A stretch of 64,000 bases of DNA from Amoebophrya sp. A120 (lineage: Eukaryota > Protista > Dinoflagellata), in assembly GCA_905178155.1 (NCBI GenBank), contig CAJINV010000013.1:1988281-2052280 (forward strand), read 5' to 3'. The notes beneath the pieces are model-generated. The model was not told the origin of the DNA. It did no database searches and saw only the letters and a list, made by a program, of their open reading frames with translations. The stretch's first letter is position 1, and each line of letters begins with the position of its first letter. The position numbers were made by a program, and so were the translations under genes. Positions 48,201-60,200 of this stretch are shown one piece after another.

Positions 48201-51200
48201 AGAGCTGTTGCGCCATAAGAGTGTGGAAATAAACGTCCGGACTTGCGGCCTTCCCGCTCTGGTCAACACCCTCCACTTTAATATTCATCTCCCCTGTCGT
48301 GCAGCTCGATGTCTGTGCACTGTTGATGCCGAGAAATTCGCAGTACCCCGCCTCCAGATTCATATGGGGCGGGGGAAATGCGTCCCTGTGGTCACCAGCT
48401 TGTTCATCTCTATCAGGATGCGCAGCTTGTACACCAGCAAGGTCCGATGACCCACCTCCCTGGGGGTCTTGTTCGAAAAACAGCGCTGCGTCGATGTTCT
48501 TTCCGCCGTACGGCAGCGGCTTTTTCCCCGAAGAGGACAGGTAGTTCTTGCCGTGTCTGTTGGTTTTATTTTCTCGCCCAGGAGTGGACGACATACTCCC
48601 GCCGTGCTGCTGGTAGCGGTTCTTTATCTTTGCGGTGGACATCGGGGTAGTTTGTTCCATATCCTCGTTTCTGTTCGAGGTCGAAGTGGCTGAGCTATTT
48701 GCGTTCAGTCTTTGCTGCTGCTGAATCGGTGTTGTCGGGGAACCACGAGGACCACCCTGAAGATTCTGCTGTGTCGGCACTGTCACATTCTGTTGAAATA
48801 ATCTGCCGCTAGTCGACTTTGAGGTACAAGTCGAGGGCTCGACCGAGAAGAGGTTCGAAGCGAAACTCGAGGATGCGGTCGTGGCCGAAGTAGAGGAGGA
48901 CGCAGCAGCGCCGGCGTTGCTAGTCGTTGGTGAGGGTAAAACTACGTCAACGACGCTCAGGCTTTCGCTCAGCAATGCGATTGCCGTCTGCAAGTTGGAC
49001 TTTTTCATTTGAAACTCCTGCCTAGTTGTCCTATTGGTGTAGTTGTTGCCCTTGATGGTCATTCCCCGCCGATTTTTTTCCGTCGCGGTTGTAGTTTTAC
49101 TGGAAGAAGTAGAATTTGTCTTATCAAGTACTACCATCTGCACCCAAGATGCGACGTCCTGCATCCAAACCTCCTATGAATTGCAAATATGTCTAGGTCT
49201 GGAAGACTGCAAGTTTGTCATGCTTGTCAGGCATGATTCGAGAATCTGTGTTGCGTACGCACGAAAAGGCCCTCCTACCTGTCATGCAAAAACGCAGTTT
49301 GCCATGACGAAAATACATGGCAGCCAAAAAATTTGTCATGCATATCTGCGTATTGCAGTGCGTCTTTCATTCACTTTTAGCATTACAAGTTTCCGGACCC
49401 AGACATATTTGCATTTGATACCTGCTCAAACAGCGCGAAGGAGAGCCCCGCCCGGGCGATTTTCTCCGACTTCGGTATATCAAATGCAAAAATGTCTGGG
49501 TCTGGAAACTTGTGATGCTGAGTGGCGTAGCATGAGGAGGCCACAAGTGCTGGCTCAGCATGACAAATTTCTGAGCTTGTAGGTGTTGCCTATTCTGCAT
49601 GACAAACTGCGTCTCCGCATGACAGAAAAGTGCGGCTCTTGGGCAACGTGCATGACAGATTTAAGAGTCATGCCAGAAAAGCATGACAAACATGCATTCT
49701 TCCAGACCCAGACATTTTTACATTTGATACGGTAGGAGATTCAACCAAATAATCGCGTCGCGAATCAGGGACGAGGTGTTTTGGTTTGTCGGCAACATCG
49801 TGGCAGTTGTCATGCTGCCTTGCGAATCATCCAGAGGACTTCGCGCAGCCTCTTTATTTGCAAGTTCGCTCTTCATTCCTTTCCTCTTTGCGCTCTGCTC
49901 CATCGCATCCAACTGGTACAGCTTCCACAGCACAATTTCAGTGACCAAAACCCCCGGTGTGCGAAATTTCACCAAGTCGGGGTTTGTGTGGAGGTCTACC
50001 ACTTTTTCGTCCCAGGTGGAAAAACGGCCTTGGTCTGAGGCTGAGCCACCCCCACCGCCGCCATTAATGCCACTTCCCATAATTGTCGGAACAGCACCAG
50101 CTGTACCACCTGGGGGTGCATCCAATGCAAAAGTATCGCACTTGTTCTCGTCGTACTCATCGAAGTCACGCATCACAGATATGTGGCGTCCTAAGGGATG
50201 ATAATTGAATCTTCAACTTCAGCAATGCAACAGTATCAGTATCATATATATGACTGTTGTGAATCGAGGGAATAGGGAGAGCGGAATAGGGAGAGCGGAA
50301 TAGGGAGAATAGGTCAATAGGGAGAGCCGTGGTAAACCTAATTCCCCTTGAATCGCGATGGTATGCTCCGTTTTGGTAAGCCGTAGAACCAAAAAAAATT
50401 TCGCGCGCGCATTCATGCACGCGCGCGCGTTGCATCGATTCGAAGGCGAACGAGCACCGCGCGCCCGTTGAATCATCGAAGGAAATTTGAAGTGGCCACT
50501 TCAACTTTCCCTCATCGAAGGAAAATCGAGTTGCCCATTTCAACTTTCCCCATCGAGGAAAATTTGAAATGGCCACTTCAACTTTCCCTCATCGAAGGAA
50601 ATTTGAAATGGCCACTTTACCTTTCCGCCTTCGCCAGCTGACGAGCAAGACCTGAGCCTTACGGGCCCGCAAGAGGATAAATCCCCTCAGGGAAGGTTCC
50701 GCGCCTCCCCGACCCCGGGAGGAGCCGCCGAGGAGGGGGGTACTCGGAAGCATTTCCACCCCAGATTTCGAAAGATGTTGTCGTGGCCGTGCCATGCTGT
50801 TTGCGATCAGTTTGGTTTTGTTTTTGCTGCCCCCTTTTAGGGGGACTCTCCCTATCTCCCTACTCTCCCTATCTCTTCCTATTCCCTATTCTATAAAGCG
50901 TTCTAGTATCATACAAATTGCATGATTTTCATTTTTCTCTTGGGAACGAAATTCGGAAAGCGATTTTTTATACTAGTACGCTACTTGTGCAATGCATAAG
51001 TCGCCTGCTCCTGCGTGACCACCTGAACGGTGCTGGTTTCGGTCTGCTGGTCCGACATGCCGACCCAGTCACTTTGAAGATTTGCGGACGAGGATTCTTC
51101 TTTGACGAAGGTGATGGAGCTGGAATAGTTTGTCTGCACAATCTTTTCCTCTGGGGCGAGGAAGCTCGCGGCGCCCGGCGTGCGGTCCACAGAATTTTTG

Positions 51201-54200
51201 TCAACCTCAGATCCAGCACTATTTGCGAAGAATGCATTTGGTGCTAATTTCAAGAGCAGCAACGGATCCTGAAACCCCAGATCGTGATCGCTGGTGCCGA
51301 AGCTGTAGTGCCGATTATGTGTAATGGATGTTCCGGGTTTGTTCTTCTGTAGTAGGGTTTTCCACTCCTCCTTCACCAGCCTCTGCTGCTCCTTCGCCAA
51401 AACTACCGCTGCCGTGCTGGTCGTCGTGCAGCTTTCTCGACGTCCTGCTTGTGCTGTTGACAAGAAAAAACCATCGTAGGCCAGGGCCAGCAGAGTCGGG
51501 AGACAGTGCTGGAAGCGGGAAAAAGTCGTGGTGACATTCATCTTTTTCATGCATGCGGAAGTAGATTCGGATTCCTCTTCTTCATCACCATCAGCTACGT
51601 TCTGGAAATGGTCTGCGCTGACGGCAAACTTGAGAACCAATTCCAGTCGCTGGAACACGGCTGACAACACGGCCTGCTGCTTCAAAGCAGCGAGAAATTT
51701 CCAATTCGATGCTGGTCCACCTCGTGCTGTCATAGCTGCACCTCCTCCCGAAAAGTTGTCGATGAGCGGGGGTTCCTCTGCCAGAAACTCTACCGGAATA
51801 CACCGCAAAAGGAAGACAAGCAGATACAGATGTGGCAACACTTCGGAGGGCGCTACGCGGATTACTCTGAGCAGGAGTAGCGTAAAGCTGTTCGCAGCTC
51901 CTGCTTCGCCCACTACGGAGGGGGCTCCGGCTCCACCGGGAAGAAGAACATCGTCGTTGAACAAAAGCAAAAAAGCCTGAAGGAGCAAGGGCAAGTCGCG
52001 TTTTTTTACCACAGGAGGAGACGAGCCACAGTTGTTCAATATCGCGTCCCCCGACGAGGTCGCCGCGGACCGCCCTGGTGCAAGATTTGTTGAGGTGGAT
52101 TTGCTCAAGTGCGCATATTTTCCGTTGTATTTCTCGATCTTCAGCGCCACATGCTCGCCGTCGGCGAGAAACTTGTGCACCCAGGGGCGAAAAAACCGGT
52201 TTTCCCACAGCAACGGGCTCGAGCGAGTAGTTATGGAAGTGTCAGAATCGAAATTAACAAAGTTGAAATAATTTGTAATGCATAAAATGCGATACAAAAA
52301 GTGACTCTATTGCAGAGGACCCAAGGGAGGCAGATTATAGTCCTGGTAAGGGTCAAAAGTTGGACTGCCATCTAGCATGACAGAAGGCAGCTCTTTTGCC
52401 CTAAACCGCATGACAGACTCGCTTCCAGGACCGGGGAAATTTGCCATGCACCGACTACAAACTGTAGGTCTAACTGGTATCCGTTTTATGCATGACAAAC
52501 TATTTCAACTTTAACGATTTCAAACCTGACACATCCATAGTAGTCTGCAGTTTGGTAAATCCGAGGGGAACTATATTGCCGGAGGTGCCCATAGTCATGT
52601 CGTCTGCAGAACTGCTTGTCATGAGCAACTCCTCCTCCTCCTCGGCCTCCGCTATAATTTCGTCGACGGACTTCAGAATAGGAATTGCATTACAAGCGCC
52701 AGCAGTTCCTTCCGAAGATGTTGATACTAAACCACCGCTCCTCTGGTAGTCTTGCGCTCGCAACCCAAATTCTCGCCACAAAATTTCGCTATTGTCTGCG
52801 AGAAAATCTTTTTTTACCACGCTCGTTTTGGTTGCGCCGGGAAGAGGTGGACCCGACCCCGAGCTGTACAGAAGATGATGATGATCCGCATGATTTGCTT
52901 CCGTCACGTCCTCATCATCAAAGTCATCAAACAAGGACGTCGCTAGTCTAGTCCTCGTCGCGGCGTTGGTTGTCGTGGTGGTCTTCTTGGATGCGCCCGT
53001 GGCGGTCGAGTTGTTAGTGTTTTTACCGATAAGAGTGCTTGTGCCGATCATATCTTCAATTTGCGCCTGCCGAGTTCTTGTACTTGGTTGGAAAAACAAC
53101 TCTTCGCCAAAAGTCGTGTCATCAACATTTCTCGCACGACCTGCACGAGGAGATTCGTCGCTGAACAGGGGGAGATTGAGATCCACATCCATTGCCACCG
53201 TAGCGTGGTCGTGTGCGCTGCTCAGCATGTTCTGCTGCGGAGGAAACAGTCCGTGCTGCTCCAGCTCTTCCAGAGAGCGGACCGGCAGGGTTGGCGGCGG
53301 CGGAGAGGCGTCCTCCAACTCACTGCCGGATGATGTTGGCGGCTCTTGATTTACTAGGGAGGATGAAGCGGAGCTGGAACTACAATCTTTACTCGAAGAA
53401 GCCGGCTGTTCTTGAACATTATTGTTCACTCCCCGTGGAGGTCCCGCCAGTGATGCTGCATCTTCGGCTGGGACTGAAGCTTCTGCCCCGCCGAACATCA
53501 TGGAGGTCGCAAAGTCGAATAAACCCCCGGCGACCCCGCCCGCGGTAAACATCTGCTCATTGTAGGTGTTCGCGTGGTCGTTCTTGTTGCTACTCGTATG
53601 AAGATCTCTTTCCAACTGGTCAACCACGTGTTTTTGCAGCGTCAGGTGCTTCTTCTTGAACTTCAGACTGGTCAGTAAATGACGCAAGTCTGCATTGCAG
53701 AACCACTTCAAAAACGCGAACTGGAGCAACTCTTGTTGATCTCGTGCAGCTCCTATCGTGTCAAGACTCGTCGAGGTGTCGCACTGACGATCTTGACGTT
53801 CAGAACGGACATCATCCAAGTGAAAATGTTCTTCGGTGTCTCGAATAAATTGTCCACCACCACCTCTTCGTGGAACTGCCCTCGTCGTGGCTTTTTTTGC
53901 GGCCCCCGTCTTGTTTCCGCTGCTACTATGATCCAACGAGGAAGTTGTACTAGCTGTCGAGGTACCACTGGTTCTTGCCCCCTGCTGCAAAATGCGCTGC
54001 AGCCGGTGCACGTAATTCAAGTTTTCGGTGCCCGTCCCTGCTAGAAGGGGCTGAAACAGGAAGTCACATCCCCGGAAATCCTGTGTGAGGTTGCTTGGCA
54101 AGTGCAATAGTGCAGGAGAAACTGAAACTGCCTCGTCCATCTCGCGGTTTCTTCTTCCGACACACTTCTCAGGCTCTTCCCCTTCATCGCCATCCGCGTC

Positions 54201-57200
54201 TGCTGCCCTCGATTTGGTAGTTCCAGGACCAGCTTCTACAACAAGGTCTCTGTCCATCAAATCGGTGAAGTGGCGATAGGAAATGAGCGAGCATAAACGC
54301 TCCTGCTCTTCAGGTGGGTTCTGTCTTGGGCCGCCTGATGATGAGCTTGTAGTTGTGGTGAACTTCAAATCCACCATCCGGTAGTGGTCGAGCAGCCGCG
54401 GGGAGATGAGGGGTCTTTTACTTTTTCTTCTGCTAGTACGTAGTCCTTTCTGGTGTAGTCGGCTCCTACGAGGACTTCTAGGAATTTGATGTAGTAGTTT
54501 TCCACCTGCTCGCTGAGCGTCTTCGTTCTCCGTCGAGGAACTTGTGTCGTCCTCTTCGTCCACACTGGTAGTTGATTCGTCGCCATCTTCAGGCGAGCCC
54601 AATGATCCAGAATCGCAAAACAGCTTCAAGTGGTTCCCGCAGGCTTGCAGAAACCCCTTCGAGAAAACGCCCTGCAGCATCCGCATCTCATCTTCCTGGG
54701 AGCACGACAATGCTCCCGTAGCTGCGGCTGCGCCACCTGTTCTTGTTCCTCCAAAAGTTCTTCCTGCTTCGTCCGCCGCGGTCGCTGCTGCACCGGGCGT
54801 GCCGCTGTAGTTGTTCCTGTACGAAGATAAGGACGATGACCCATAGTACAACGACCCGGCGTAGGTGGAAGACTCGTCCGTGCGGGGAGTCGCAGCAGCA
54901 GTTCCCAAACCCGCGGTGGCGGCACCTCCCCCGACCTGCAGACCCGGAATGTCGAAAAACTGGGCCCAGCCTCGCGGCGTCAGGTTGGAAAGCCGCTCGC
55001 ACAGCCGGTCGCTGTGAAAAATCAGATTTTTCGCATTTTTTCTCGCGCGGCCCTGGAGTTGCTCGCCCACGTCCTTTTCCTTGATGTCGGAGTTGTCATC
55101 TTCTTCAAGCAGCTTCCGTTGTAGGAATCGGAAGTATTCGAAGATTGCGTCCTTCCTTTCTTGTTGTCCGCCGGACATCAATTTAGGACTTGACGTTTTT
55201 GTTTCTTCTCCCTGCCGTTGCTCTTGGCCGGCGTCAAGAAAATCGCTTCTAGTCGTGCCCGATGAAAGATCTGTTCGTGGTGTTAATATGCTTATGCGCT
55301 CCTTGTTTTTACTATCTGCTGTTGTACAACTGGCATCCTTACTTTCTCCAGAGCCAGCACCTGTTTGTTCTTTAGTTGGGGTTGATGGCGCTGTGCAGGA
55401 GCTTCTTGTCACAATGGCTTTCTGCTGCAGCAGCAATGGCTCCCCAATCATGGCCAGGAGATTTTCCTCCTCCGGATCGACTTCGACAGAAGTACAACTA
55501 CGAGAAGGGCCTGCAATTATTGTTCTTGTGTCCTTGATGTTTTCTTCATCCTGTCCAGGACCACAGTTGTACCTGCTCAGATGCTGCCCCGCGATCTCGA
55601 CGTAATCGGTCAGCCGCTTGATTTCCCGCTGCAGCATGCGCAGAAACTTGGCGTCGAAGGTCTTATTTTCTTCCGCTAGCGATCTGCTGGAAATCGCTGT
55701 ACTCTGAAACAACGTCGTGGTCGTGTGAAGGACTTTCTCGAGAATTACTGTCGATCGTAAATCAACCGTACCAGACTTTCACTTTAAATATATACAAATT
55801 GCATTTCTCCACCTCCATCCTGCACGACTATTTATTCTTTACGCATTGGTAGTGTAATATGAATAGCTAGCATGTTAACAAGTGGCGTCGCAGAAATTAG
55901 AGACTTCCCGGTAGGTACTAGTTGCCCAAACTCACCCTGCGAGTTGCACGTGCGTCGAGTACGGTATAATCAACTTCTTTGTATTGCATAATCATCAGGA
56001 CCACGTTGGAGGGCTGTAGAAAATTAGGTTCCTGCTGCTGCTCTTGGTCACCTTTGGAAGTGTCTCCAGCTGCTGTACTACCGATTTTCCTCAGTATTTC
56101 CCTCTGCTTCTCCTCATTCACCTGAAGGTGGCATTTGAGCAAATTGGCGATAAACCGCTTTTTCTGCTTCACCGACTTGACCAATTGTAGTGCCTGCAGA
56201 AACAGATCCCGCGTATGCATTGTGCAAAAACACCCTCGCAACGTATCAGTTACAGTTTTGTTTCATGGCGTAGAAAAATTGCATGACAATTTTTTTCAGA
56301 GGCAAAAAGAAAAATTGCGTATGCGGAATGTTGATGAGGTAGCATGATTTATTTTAAACATCCTTTATGCAGTACTGCATTCGTACGTACGTGTGCGATA
56401 ATTTTGCACAGGTGGATACGGTATCAAATGTAAAAATGTCTGGGTCTGGAAGGTTGGAACTTGTCATGCTAACTCTGAAGCATGCAAAAATCTGTGTTGC
56501 ATGATTACCAAAAGCTGTCCACTTGTGACCTAATCGAGAGGCAGTTTCTCATGCAGGATAGGCATGATAGAACTCTCACGGAATCTGTCATGCTCTGTCC
56601 TACATACTAGACCTCATGAGTCATGCAAAATCTGCATGACAAGTCTGGCATTCTTCCAGACCCAGACATTTTTACAGTTGATATACGGCTCCTCCCACCG
56701 CAAATTCTCGTCGGCGTACGAAATTTCGTTCCGCAGGGCACGGTATCAACTGTAAAAATGTCTGGGTCTGGAAGATTTCCAGGTTTGTCATGCATATTTC
56801 GTATGGGATATGATGCCTGTAATGCATGCCCTAGCATGACAGATTTTTTGCGGGTATCTTGATGCCTATCCCGCATGACAAATGCCCTCTCCGCGGAGCA
56901 AAAACTGGGCGCCTATTGCTGCTCATGCAATACAGATTTTTTTAGATTCATCCAAAAATAGCATCACAAGTTGCATTCTTCCAGACCCAGACATTTTTGC
57001 AATCCATACACGGAGCAGGGTCTCGATCTTCTGCGTATTCGTGTCTTCTTCCAGCGCCGGTTGGAACTCAGCTGTTCTTCCGCAGCTGTGGTCTTCTAGT
57101 GGGATTTCGTGGCTGTTGTAGTTGTGTGCGTCATTCACCCCCGAGACCGACGTCGGAGTCGTGGCAGAAGTCCTCGGTGCAGGGTCCATTGCATGCTCGT

Positions 57201-60200
57201 CAGCTGCCTTCTCCACGGTGAAATAGGAAACGGCATGTTGGTGTTCTTGCTCCGACGCCGCTCTTCTAGTAGTGATCTCTTGTCGACGAGTGCGTTGCCA
57301 CAGCAGCAGAAAGCTTGCCTTCCTTGGCTCCGGAAGCACTCTGGGCGGAACAGGCTGCACCCGATTCAACATCCGAGGAGCGCTGAAAAGATCAGGTGCA
57401 GGACCAGGGCTATCCTTATTAAACGTATACAGAGTGCGTGTGGCCTCGTGATAGTAGGATTTAGCGGAAGACAGAGCCTACAAGCAAAGATGCAAATTTT
57501 TTTCATATCTCTTTCAACTAGTACAGAATCTTTACCTTCCCTAGGTACCATCATCTTCGCTAAATCATAGCCATCCAGGTTGCTGGCTATAATTTTAATT
57601 TAGCAAAAAGCATACATGCACTCATAGGTTCACGGAGAATAATATGCAGCGACCATACTTTCGAAACGGTCCTCCCCAGCTTCCACAGGTCGAATTTCGC
57701 TCCTGGTGTTGAGGTCGAAGATCTTGGACCACCAGAACAAGGCTCTTGCGCCCAACAGCAGGTCAGCAAGTGCTCGCGGGAAAGAAAGTGCAGCTGGTGG
57801 CAGTAGTAGTTTTCCACTCCTTGCTTTTGGTCGCTCCGGCCGCGTAGCCAATTCCAATTCCTCGCGAGCATCGTTTTCGTCTTCGCCTTACCTGAAGCAG
57901 ATGCGAGTTCTTGCTGCTCCGGTGCTCCAGTGGTCGGCCTCAGGCTCCTATGCAGGTGACAAATATCTAGGTCTGGCTGGTCTGGAAAGTAGTCGGGGAC
58001 GTGATGCTGATGCGACTATACTTTGATAAAATCTAAACTGCTGTCGCTCCAGTAATTGCGCGGTACGTGTGCGTGAGAAGTTTTTGAGCTGTTCTGGAAT
58101 GCGCAAGAACGCGCATGTCATAACAAAGACGCGGCGCGATTTCGCAACAGGCACGATACAGTCCCGGATCGGAAGCACCGAAAAAACTGAAACTACTATG
58201 CGAGTTTGATAGCGACATTTCATGGCGCGCAATTTGGTACTCGTTCCAGCAAGGCTTTCCCCTCCAGATCATCGAAGATGACATTTGCAGTTGATAGCTC
58301 CACATGTGCACTAGCTTCATTCGTTTGTTCTTTCCCCCGTTGCTGTAGTTATTGAGCTGGTAGAGGGATAGCTGCAAATCTAGATGCAAAATCGCCACGG
58401 TTGACCCGTTATCAACTGTAAAAATGTCTGGGTCTGGAAGATTCTGACACTTGTCATGCACGTTTTGCATGAGCCATGATGTCTGTGATGCATACCCTAG
58501 CAGTGCAGATTTTTTGAGGGCTTCTTGATGCCTATTCCGCATGACAAATGCCTTCTCAGCGTAGCAAAAGTTGCATTCTGTTTGCTACTCACGCAATACA
58601 GATTTTTTTGGAATCCAAATACAGCATCACAAGTTGCATTCTTCCAGACCCAGACATTTTTGCAATACATACCCGTCCGGGGATTGCGCGGCACTCAGCA
58701 CTTGCTCCTGGTCTTTTTCTATCAACTGTAAAAATGTCTGGGTCTGGAAGAATGCGCGATTTGTCATGCAGCTTTTCCATGACCCATGAGGTCTGGAATG
58801 CAGGTCCTAGCATGACAGATTCTGTGCGATCTCTCTCATGCCTATCCTGCATGAGAAACTCCCTCCCGACCTGGTCAAAACTGGACGACTTTTGGTAATC
58901 ATGCAACACAGATATTTGCATGCTTCAGAATTAGCATGACAGCTTGCATTCTTCCAGACCCAGACATTTTTACATTTGATATTTTCCCTGCCGCCTCTTG
59001 AATGCAGCGTCCAAACAGGGGGATCTTTCTTCGCGCTCGACGAGAACTTGCTGTTCGCAACGTTATTCCTCGGAGTTTCTCGTCTATGACTTGTTGTTGT
59101 TTGCGGCCCTGGCCAAGAGCTTTGGTGCGCTTCATCTTCGTCATCCTCTCCCTCGGTAATTCCGTGCCCCGGGGCGCTGGTAAAGCTAGTGCTGCCCGGG
59201 CTAATATCCTCTTCCTCGGGCAGCTGCGGGGGGAACAACGTCGTTAGCAGGGCGCTGCTGCGGACGATGGACTGCAAGATAGAAGTGCCAGACTTTCCGT
59301 AAATGAAATTACCAGCATCCCCGCCCACGCCCGTACCGCCGCTAGTCCGGCGCGTGGAGGAGGATGACGAGGTATTTCTTTCCGCTGGTGGAACAAAGCC
59401 AACTGCCTCTTGTACTACTATGCTGCTCAAAACAAACGTCGTTGTACCTACCCGCCCCATGATCTCAATCTGTCATGCTAAAAATGTTCTTGCACGTCGT
59501 TTCACTACGTGTCTGACTGTTTGTCCTTGCATGATAGATGATGAATAGACAGTAAAAAGTAGCCGTAATCCGCACAACGACTACAATCAAACAGCGGCTT
59601 CGGCTAGTCGCGGCCACGCAGTCGCTCTCTACTCACGCAGACACTTTTGCAGGTCGAGGTCCAAAAAACTGCCTGCCATGCCTATCTATCAGGAAAAGCG
59701 AAAGCCAGGGAGTCGTCGTGTACCTCATATGCATTGCACAGATACTAGCATCCTGATATACTATTATGTGGTGGTCGACGTTTTCGACGTTTTCGTCCTA
59801 CCGGATATGATCTTCTGCAGCTGGAAGTGCGCGCTGATCTACTTCCTCGACATCTGTACAACCCTCGTACAGACACAAAAACGGACTCTGGCCGATTCTG
59901 AGCAGGGTGTGCCTGTTCAAGTAAAACAGGCTGTGGATACTACTTCCGAAGGTGGTGCCCGCCTCGGTTGAACTACACGCGGAGGTGACGATTTCTCGCA
60001 CTGCCTTGGTGCCGAGGACTACTCCGCTCCTGACGCTGATCGCGACCACCAGAGCATCAGGCGCAATCTTCGTGGCACGACGACCGGGAGTGTCACCCAC
60101 AGCTGTGAGTGTGACCCACAGCTGAGTGCAGGAACGCGAGGACGGCCACGACGTGGAGCTGGAGCTGCTGTGGGGCGAGGATTTCGTACTTGATGGTACA

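Noticed and set aside
50474-50626. 39-bp repeats as a CRISPR array
   Set aside because: Units are contiguous with no unique spacers, there are no cas genes, and the context is eukaryotic.
56244-56385. Additional degenerate introner
   Set aside because: An in-frame join via the tacgt repeat is possible, but the right end is not ATA and there is no TIR; too ambiguous to list.
56564-58921. Recurrent short ORFs with KMSGSGR / PDPDIF as a protein family
   Set aside because: They are translations of the family-1 TIR in different frames and strands.
59459-59813. 7-bp direct repeat atgatct as an intron boundary
   Set aside because: Removal leads to a frame with an early stop and there is no TAT..ATA pair; the junction is left unresolved.
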